Source: Methanocaldococcus jannaschii DSM 2661 (lineage in GTDB: Archaea > AGJL01 > Methanococci > Methanococcales > Methanocaldococcaceae). From it: a stretch of DNA of 32,000 nt. The notes beneath the pieces are model-generated. The model was not told the DNA's origin and searched no databases. It was given only the letters and a program-made list of their open reading frames with translations. Shown in pieces: positions 25,629 to 32,000 of this stretch (position 1 is the stretch's first letter; each line of letters opens with the position of its first letter). The position numbers were made by a program, and so were the translations under genes. Location of the stretch: NCBI RefSeq assembly GCF_000091665.1, contig NC_000909.1, forward strand, positions 790,712 through 822,711. Direction: 5' to 3'.

Positions 25629-27491
25629 TTATCCTCCCCATATAATTTCTCCACAGTTATCTGGCTTTTTAAATGGTAATTTGGCAGTTTTTAAAGCTTT
25701 AATAAAGTTTTGAACATCCTCATCGTTAAATCTCTCCTTTCTAATTAAGAAGTCATAATGTTCATTAGCCAATGGAATAAAAGCTAAATTATATTGTTCT
25801 GCAACTGTCCTTATGCCTAAACCAATATCTGCCTTTTTCATTGCTATAGCTGTAGCAACTGCTGAATGTGTCTTTGCCTCTATGTTGTAGCCTTTAATCT
25901 CTTTTGGATTTATATTATAATCTTTCAAAAACTTATCAAACAATATTCTTGTTCCAGAACCTTTATTTCTATTTATAAACTCTAATTTATAAATATGTTC
26001 TATAATCTCCTCTATAGATTTAAAGCCTAATTCTTTCCTAAACATAAATCCTTGCTCCCTAATATATCCTCTAACTAATACAGCATCTTTAACTTTATAC
26101 TTCTCTAAGAAAGGGATGTTGTAGGTGTTGGTTTTTTCATCCAACAAATGAATTCCGGCAATATCTGCCTCTCCTCTTTTTATTGATAATACTCCACCTA
26201 AAGAACCAACATTTATAGTTTTTGCTAATAACTTTGCCTCTTTTAAGATTATATCTACACCAATACAATGACTGCCAATAATATTTAATCCAACTTTAAC
26301 ATCTCCAAATAGATGAACTTCTACATCTTCATTCTCTAAAATCTCTTTATTTTCATCAATAATTATATACCCATCTGCCTCTGATAAAGAGGTTATAGCT
26401 CCGCTTCCTTTAGTTATTGGATAAGCTGAGAATCCATTCTTATGCTTAACTAATATAACTGGTAGATATTCCACCCTCCCCTTTGCTGAAATATATCTCA
26501 CTGGGAATTTTGCCTTTACAACATTCTTTTCGTCTCCAAATAGGACATCGAATATAGTTAGGCATGAGGTCGGATAGCCAGGCAATCCGACAATTAACTT
26601 ATTATCAATTTTCCCAATTATAGTTGGTTTTCCTGGCTTTATCTTTATTCCATGAACTAAAATTTTCCCACCAAGCTCTTTTATAGCTGTTTCAGTTAAA
26701 TCCCCGACACCTGCAGAAGTTCCCCCACTTAATAAGATTATATCACATTTTAGAGCTTTTTTAATCTTTTCTTTTAATTCTTCTTTATCATCTTTGGCTA
26801 TTCCAAAGAATTCAAAATCATAGCCAAGAGTTTTTATGTAAGATACTAATGTATAAGAATTTATATCGTAGATTTTTCCAAACTCTAACTGCTCATTTGG
26901 GCTTATAATCTCATTTCCAGTTGATATTATTCCAAATTTTAGTTTTTTATAAACTTTAACTTTGCTTTTACCAATAGCAGCTAAAACCCCAATATCTCTT
27001 GGGGTTAATTTAGTATTTTTTCTTAAAACAAGCTCTCCAGCCATTATATCTGAACCAGTGAATTGGATGTTTTCCATTGGGGGGACTGCCCTGTATATCT
27101 TAACTCTATCATTATCTCTTTCAGTGTATTCAACCATAACAACGGCATTAGCTCCTTTTGGAATTATTGCTCCCGTAGCTATCTCTACACATTCTCCATT
27201 ATTTATTTCTAAGTCTTTAATCTCCCCAGCTTTTAAAGAACCAATAACCTTTAACTCTACTGGATTGTCTTCATCTGCTTCATAGGTATCTTCTGCTTTA
27301 ACTGCATAACCATCCATCTTTGCCCTATCATAAGGTGGGATATCTATATTAGAAAATACATCTTCAGCCAAAACTCTTCCAATGGCGTTAAATAAATCAA
27401 CCTCTTCAACTTCATTTTTTAATTTTTTTAAACTCTCATTTATTATGGATTTTGCTTCTTCAATGCTGTGTAATGTTAAATATCTTGTCAT
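25629..27491 (-). CDS. moeA: Molybdopterin molybdenumtransferase MoeA fused to a C-terminal periplasmic-binding-protein-like (ModA/LysR-substrate-like) domain
   Basis: The N-terminal roughly 400 aa look like MoeA ([27 protein letters not shown]). The last roughly 210 aa resemble a type-2 PBP fold ([12 protein letters not shown]...NRNKGSGTR...IGLGIR). Confidence 0.85.
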
Positions 27492-27493
27492 AT

Positions 27494-28150
27494 TTATCTC
27501 CTCTTTACCACAAATCTTCCAGCTGATGAATGCTTTGGCTCTACATCAATTCCTAAGCTTTTTAGATAATTTTTTGTATATGTATCATTTCCATGGATGA
27601 ATATCTCTCCCAAATCTTCTGGTGTGTTTATATCAACAGAGATTAAAAAGGAATCGTAAATGTAATATCTTAAATTTCTCTTTTTTGCCTCTTCTAAATG
27701 TTTTAAAAAACTAAAGCCCTCGTATTTTATCTCAATTAAATCTTTAGATTTTAAATATAATAAGTTAGTTCCCCCTCCTCTTGATGGAGCTATAATTAAA
27801 TCATAATTCTTAGAAAGTTTTAAGATATCCTCAATATGCTTTTTCTTAATTAATGGGATGTCTGCTGGAATAATGATAACTTCTTTATCTTCAATTTCCT
27901 CAAATGCCTGTTTTATTGCATTGTTTAATCCTTTATATTTTTCTTTAATAGTTTCTGCCTTTAATTCATTTTTAGCAAAATCCAAAATTTCCTCATCTCT
28001 GCTAACTATAACAATATCTAAACCATCTAAAGCTTTAATAATATCTTTAAGCATATTTAATAATAGGTTTTTCCTCTCCTCACCACTTAAAAATTCTGAT
28101 AATCTGGTTTTTAGTGAGTTTATTGGTGATACAGGGATTATAACTTTCAT
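27494..28150 (-). CDS. cofC: 2-phospho-L-lactate guanylyltransferase (F420 biosynthesis)
   Basis: [18 protein letters not shown]...IIPADIPLI shows an MobA-like nucleotidyltransferase layout. I recognise it from the characterised M. jannaschii CofC. I chose the start at ATG 28150; the longest ORF starts at 28168. Confidence 0.8.
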
Positions 28151-28172
28151 TTTTATCCCACAATTCATTTAT

Positions 28173-28793
28173 TTATATAAAAAGTTTTGCATAGCTAAAA
28201 GCCATCCTATCTCCAATTTCTCCATGTCCGGGGTATAATTTATCTATATTCCTTTCATTTGCTATTCTTTCCAATAAATTTATGGAGTTTCTCAGCTGAA
28301 TGACATCTCCAGTAGGTAAGTCCCATCTTCCAACTCCATAGGCAAAGATTGTGTCTCCAGTTATTAAACTATTTTCATAGATTATTGAGATAGAACCATA
28401 GGTATGTCCAGGAGTTCTTATAATCTCTAAACCATAACTTTTTAACTCCTCTTCAATTTCAGATAAGGGGATTATTTCTTTTGGAGGATTTAACTTAGCT
28501 CCAAATAGGGATGATACAGTAACTTCATCTCCATTTTTTAAATGCTTAACTTCTTTATCTTCTATTATAGTTGGACAGTTAAAATATTCCTCAATTAAAT
28601 AATCTGCTGATGTGTGGTCAAAGTGGCAATGTGTGTTTATTATTAAGTCAATATCTTTTATTCCATTCCTTTCTAATTCCTCCATTAATATATTAAATGT
28701 CCCAGAAGTTCCTGGGTCTATGAGAATATTTTTCTTTCCAATTATTAAGTAAGAGTTTGAGCTGTAACCGTATCCATTAAGTTTTAGAATCAT
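28173..28793 (-). CDS. Metallo-beta-lactamase-fold hydrolase (glyoxalase II-like)
   Basis: It has the HxHxDH motif (THCHFDHT), plus a downstream TPGHT and a C-terminal PGHG. Confidence 0.8.
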   Translation of the reverse strand: MILKLNGYGYSSNSYLIIGKKNILIDPGTSGTFNILMEELERNGIKDIDLIINTHCHFDHTSADYLIEEYFNCPTIIEDKEVKHLKNGDEVTVSSLFGAKLNPPKEIIPLSEIEEELKSYGLEIIRTPGHTYGSISIIYENSLITGDTIFAYGVGRWDLPTGDVIQLRNSINLLERIANERNIDKLYPGHGEIGDRMAFSYAKLFI

Positions 28794-28893
28794 TCTCTCA
28801 CCAACTAAAAAGTATAAATTATAAATAAATAAAGTATAAATATTGTTAAAAACTTAAGTTAATTAAATTTTCAAATTTATTGTGGTGGGGTTT

Positions 28894-30291
28894 ATGATTG
28901 CCCTCTCTGTTTCAAGTGGTTATTTGCTCGATAATAATTATAGTGAGTATTCCTACTATATATTGGATAATGATGAGGACTTTCTTGTCTTTGTTATATG
29001 CGATGAGCCAAATACATTAAAATGTGGATTTAGAATATCTGAAATATTTTCAAGAGTTTTTTGCAATGCAGTTTATAACAACAGATACATAACCAACTTA
29101 AAAAATCTTATAGAAGTTGGTATTTATGAGGCTCTTGAAAATATGGATAAATTTTTGAAACAAAAAGGTCTTGATTATAATGATTTAAATGTATCTATTG
29201 CTGGAGGCGTATATAGAAATGGTAAATTAATGCTATTTTCTTTAGGAAATTCACCAGTATTTGTTGTTGATAAAGATTATTACTTATATTGCCCATTTGA
29301 TTTAAATAAAAACTACAATCTAAAAGATTGGAAGAAATTCATAAAATTCAGCGAAGTAATAGAAAATCCGAAAAGTGTTGTCGCTTGCAGTAACAAACTC
29401 GATGGAAAGGTGTTTAAATTTAAAAATGAGAATAACAAACTAATTGCTGAACCATTTAAATATAGGATTATACAGTTAATAAATAGTATAATATCCAATA
29501 GAGAAAATATCGATAAAATAAAGGAAGAGCTAAAAACTGATTTAAATTTAAAAGATAATACTCCTCTTTTTGTTGCATCTTTTGATGAAAAACCAATAAA
29601 TGATGAACTTGTTAAAGTAGGAAAGCCAAAATTAAAAGTAAGAGGATGTACTCCCATATTATCAAAAAAGAAAGAGGAAACATCTCCGCATATTGAACCA
29701 AAAATAATTAAAAATATGGTATTGGCGTTTATTTTAATTTTAATTCTTATATTTGGACTGTTTGTAATGTTAAGTCATAACAATTTAAATGGAGGAAATA
29801 ATAGTGATATTGTCAATAACTCATCATATCAAGTAAATACTTCAAAAATTTCAATAATAACTGTAAATAATGAAAATAAATCAACAAATATTTCGCTAAA
29901 TCCAATACAAACTGTTAAGACAGTTTCTTCTCTAAATAATTTGGATTTGAATAATACAATCACTAAATCTAAAAACAAAGATAGTTTAAAAATATTAGTA
30001 AAGTTTCAAGTGGGTGAAATTTCAAAAGATATAAAGAAATTGCCAATCTCTATAATGTTCCCAGAACAAGGATATTACTATATCTCAATAAAATCAGAAA
30101 ATAGTAACTTAAAACTGATTGATGTAGAGAATGGAGAGGTTGTATATAAAAACACTACCTTAATTGAACTGTTTGAAAAAATTGATGGAAAAGAAAAAAC
30201 CTACAACTTAATAGTTGAGTATAACGGTTCTGAGATACCTTCAGAAAAGGGGATTAATATTTCAATCTTTGAAATAAAGATAATAAAGTAA
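28894..30291 (+). CDS. Single-pass membrane protein with a cytoplasmic degenerate PP2C-like domain and an Asn/Ser-rich, sequon-rich extracellular domain
   Basis: PP2C-like blocks are present but the catalytic Asp residues are replaced: VFVICDEPNT (cf. DGMGG), SIAGGVYRNGKLMLFSLGNSPVFVV (cf. GDSR, nt 29245-29256) and VVACSNKLDG (cf. SDGL). The TM segment is MVLAFILILILIFGLFVML, starting at nt 29716. Many N-x-S/T sites follow. The likely start is ATG 28894; the ORF caller used GTG 28882. Confidence 0.45.
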   Translation: MIALSVSSGYLLDNNYSEYSYYILDNDEDFLVFVICDEPNTLKCGFRISEIFSRVFCNAVYNNRYITNLKNLIEVGIYEALENMDKFLKQKGLDYNDLNVSIAGGVYRNGKLMLFSLGNSPVFVVDKDYYLYCPFDLNKNYNLKDWKKFIKFSEVIENPKSVVACSNKLDGKVFKFKNENNKLIAEPFKYRIIQLINSIISNRENIDKIKEELKTDLNLKDNTPLFVASFDEKPINDELVKVGKPKLKVRGCTPILSKKKEETSPHIEPKIIKNMVLAFILILILIFGLFVMLSHNNLNGGNNSDIVNNSSYQVNTSKISIITVNNENKSTNISLNPIQTVKTVSSLNNLDLNNTITKSKNKDSLKILVKFQVGEISKDIKKLPISIMFPEQGYYYISIKSENSNLKLIDVENGEVVYKNTTLIELFEKIDGKEKTYNLIVEYNGSEIPSEKGINISIFEIKIIK

Positions 30292-30303
30292 AGTAGTTAA
30301 TTA

Positions 30304-30717
30304 TTATTCAATCTTCTTTTTGAGTTTGATTAATACATAAATAGCCTCTGCTATCTCCCGTATTCTACTAACTTCATCCTCTTCTTTTAGTTTCATTACT
30401 AAATAGTTTATTTTATCCATTACTACCTTGTTTAAATCCAATATCTCATTAATTTCAGATTTTTTCCTCTCAATTTCATTTTTAATTTCTTTTTCATTTT
30501 CACCTTTTTCAATTGTCTCTTTATTTTTCAATTTTTCACATATGGGGCAATATATCTTTCCATCCTTTTCAAATAATGGACATCCACACTTTGAACAGTG
30601 AGTAGAAAGCATCTTTGCTCCTTTTAACAATTCATTAGATAAAACTTTTATTGCATCATCATTTTTCATGTTTTCACCAAAATTATAACATAAGTTGTCA
30701 ATAACAGTTTTTATCAT
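30304..30717 (-). CDS. Zinc-ribbon plus coiled-coil protein (UPF0148 / Sjogren-scleroderma autoantigen-1-like family)
   Basis: It has CSKCGCPLFEKDGKIYCPIC followed by a K/E-rich helix. An alternative start at ATG 30669 is preceded by GGTGA. Confidence 0.7.
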   Translation of the reverse strand: MIKTVIDNLCYNFGENMKNDDAIKVLSNELLKGAKMLSTHCSKCGCPLFEKDGKIYCPICEKLKNKETIEKGENEKEIKNEIERKKSEINEILDLNKVVMDKINYLVMKLKEEDEVSRIREIAEAIYVLIKLKKKIE

Positions 30718-30979
30718 GTTTATCCATTAGTTTATATAAATTTGGATTTGTTTAAATTTATTTGGCATAATCATTACGTTAATTTGCTATTTAAGATTCG
30801 ACTATCGTTTTACCTACACAAACCTCTACATAAACACCGATAAAATTGACTACGCAATAAATTACGCAAAAAGAATATATTTTAAGAAAATTACAGTTTA
30901 TAGTGAGGTGGATTGAGGAAAGTGTGGGGGAATTGTGTGGGGGAGGAAAATACTACAAGCAATTGAGGGATTAATATAC

Positions 30980-31175
30980 TCAGGTGATATGAGATGAAGG
31001 TCTTTGAGTTTTTAAAGGGTAAGAGGGGGGCCATGGGTATAGGAACTTTGATAATCTTCATAGCCATGGTCTTAGTCGCTGCAGTAGCAGCAGCAGTCTT
31101 AATTAACACAAGTGGATTCCTCCAACAAAAAGCAATGGCTACAGGTAAAGAAAGCACCGAACAAGTTGCAAGTGG
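30980..31175 (+). repeat. 196-bp block identical to 31716-31911 (flaB1/flaB2 SD plus 5' coding)
   Basis: I compared the two copies base by base and found no mismatch. Identity ends at ...GCAAGTGG. Confidence 0.9.
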
Positions 31176-31647
31176 TTTAATGTGTATTGGAGTTACAGGA
31201 CACTATGACAAAACTTTAGGAGGTATTGACAAATTAGCTATCTATATAACTCCAAATGCAGGAAGTGCTCCAATTGACTTAAAGAATGCTAAGTTGTTCT
31301 TGATATATGATGGGGAATCACATGTTTTAAACTACAGTACAGTTACAACTGCAACTTTAGGGGCTGATGATATATTTAACTCATCAGCAATAACTGACTG
31401 GTCATTAGCAGATAGCTCATCATATGTTGTGGGGGTTATCCAAGATGCTGATGGTTCATTATCAAATGGCGTTATTAACAAAGGAGATATTGCAGTTTTA
31501 TTAGTTAATGCAAATGCAGTATTTAATAAGGCAATACCTACAAGATCAGAAGTCTCAGGACAGTTCCAGCCAGAATTTGGTGCTCCAGCAGTTATCCAAT
31601 TTACAACACCAGCTGCATATACACAAACTGTAATTGAGTTACAATAA
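30994..31647 (+). CDS. flaB1: Archaellin (flagellin) FlaB1
   Basis: It has a class III signal peptide ([12 protein letters not shown]|[25 protein letters not shown]) and an SD (AGGTGAT, 30982-30988). Confidence 0.9.
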   Translation: MKVFEFLKGKRGAMGIGTLIIFIAMVLVAAVAAAVLINTSGFLQQKAMATGKESTEQVASGLMCIGVTGHYDKTLGGIDKLAIYITPNAGSAPIDLKNAKLFLIYDGESHVLNYSTVTTATLGADDIFNSSAITDWSLADSSSYVVGVIQDADGSLSNGVINKGDIAVLLVNANAVFNKAIPTRSEVSGQFQPEFGAPAVIQFTTPAAYTQTVIELQ

Positions 31648-31715
31648 ATTCCTAATCAAAATTGACTCCACATCCTAAAAAGTGTAATTAACTTAAATAT
31701 CTTAAATAACAACTT

Positions 31716-31911
31716 TCAGGTGATATGAGATGAAGGTCTTTGAGTTTTTAAAGGGTAAGAGGGGGGCCATGGGTATAGGAACTTTGATAATCTTCATAGC
31801 CATGGTCTTAGTCGCTGCAGTAGCAGCAGCAGTCTTAATTAACACAAGTGGATTCCTCCAACAAAAAGCAATGGCTACAGGTAAAGAAAGCACCGAACAA
31901 GTTGCAAGTGG
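31716..31911 (+). repeat. Second copy of the 196-bp archaellin 5' block
   Basis: See 30980-31175. A second shared 35-bp block links 31234-31268 to 31974-31998+. Confidence 0.9.
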
Positions 31912-32000
31912 GCTTTCAACACTTCAAGTAATTGGAATACATGATAACAAAGCTATCAATTATTTAGCTATCTATATAACTCCAAATGCAGGAAGTGCAG
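31730..32000 (+). CDS. flaB2: Archaellin FlaB2, N-terminal part (runs off the window end)
   Basis: The SD and first 60 codons are identical to flaB1. The sequence then diverges (…[34 protein letters not shown]). Confidence 0.85.
   Translation, partial: MKVFEFLKGKRGAMGIGTLIIFIAMVLVAAVAAAVLINTSGFLQQKAMATGKESTEQVASGLSTLQVIGIHDNKAINYLAIYITPNAGSA

Noticed and set aside
30905-30946. A possible G-quadruplex in the flaB1 leader
   Set aside because: Only two runs of five Gs are present, and the remaining runs are GG doublets with purine-rich spacers. A canonical four-tract G4 is therefore not supported. I kept it only as a tandem-repeat observation.
30891-31157. Two near-identical minus-strand ORFs (30891-31157 and 31702-31893) that look like a duplicated gene
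   Set aside because: They are the antisense of the identical archaellin 5' blocks. The duplication is explained by the flaB1/flaB2 repeat.
30980-31911. Repeat-spacer appearance that might suggest a CRISPR-like array
   Set aside because: There are only two copies, each 196 bp long and coding (archaellin N-termini). No short regularly spaced repeats occur anywhere in the window.

Overview
This is an AT-rich archaeal chromosome segment of roughly 30% GC by eye. Genes are tightly packed, with GGTGAT/GGAGG-type Shine-Dalgarno sites and TTTATATA-type TATA boxes. From memory, the gene set and order match Methanocaldococcus jannaschii around MJ0867 to MJ0892; I cannot verify that here. In order, the window holds a MiaB/MtaB-like methylthiotransferase (partial), a CBS-pair protein, RadA and the F420-dependent sulfite reductase Fsr. 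Next comes a roughly 11 kb transport locus. It contains two paralogous multipass membrane proteins, two paralogous lipoprotein substrate-binding proteins, an ABC ATPase, two FecCD-type permeases and the NifH-like CfbC/NflH. After that come ornithine carbamoyltransferase, two methyltransferases (an RsmC-like enzyme and Trm5), a small coiled-coil/TM gene and the RFC large subunit. The rest of the window holds family-B DNA polymerase with two inteins, a MoeA-PBP fusion, CofC, an MBL-fold hydrolase, a membrane protein with a degenerate PP2C-like domain, a zinc-ribbon protein, and archaellins flaB1 and flaB2 (partial). I saw no tRNA, rRNA or CRISPR array.

Observations most worth following up:
1. 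An orphan 748-aa protein combines TPR-like repeats with a Swt1-like HEPN (RX4H) domain. It sits between the ATPase and permease genes of the transporter.
2. A diverged duplicate of the argF 3' end differs only at synonymous sites. It brackets a 119-bp insert that is the only non-coding GC-rich, hairpin-dense patch in the window. This could be a small RNA or the scar of an integrated element.
3. An AATGTGT motif set, including a palindrome, lies in the divergent fsr/membrane-protein promoter.
4. Three apparent single-base frameshifts occur in the ATPase tail, one permease, and the small coiled-coil gene.
5. A 196-bp perfect identity links the flaB1 and flaB2 5' ends, and the flaB1 leader contains repeat motifs.

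All homology calls come from reading motifs by eye. No searches were run.
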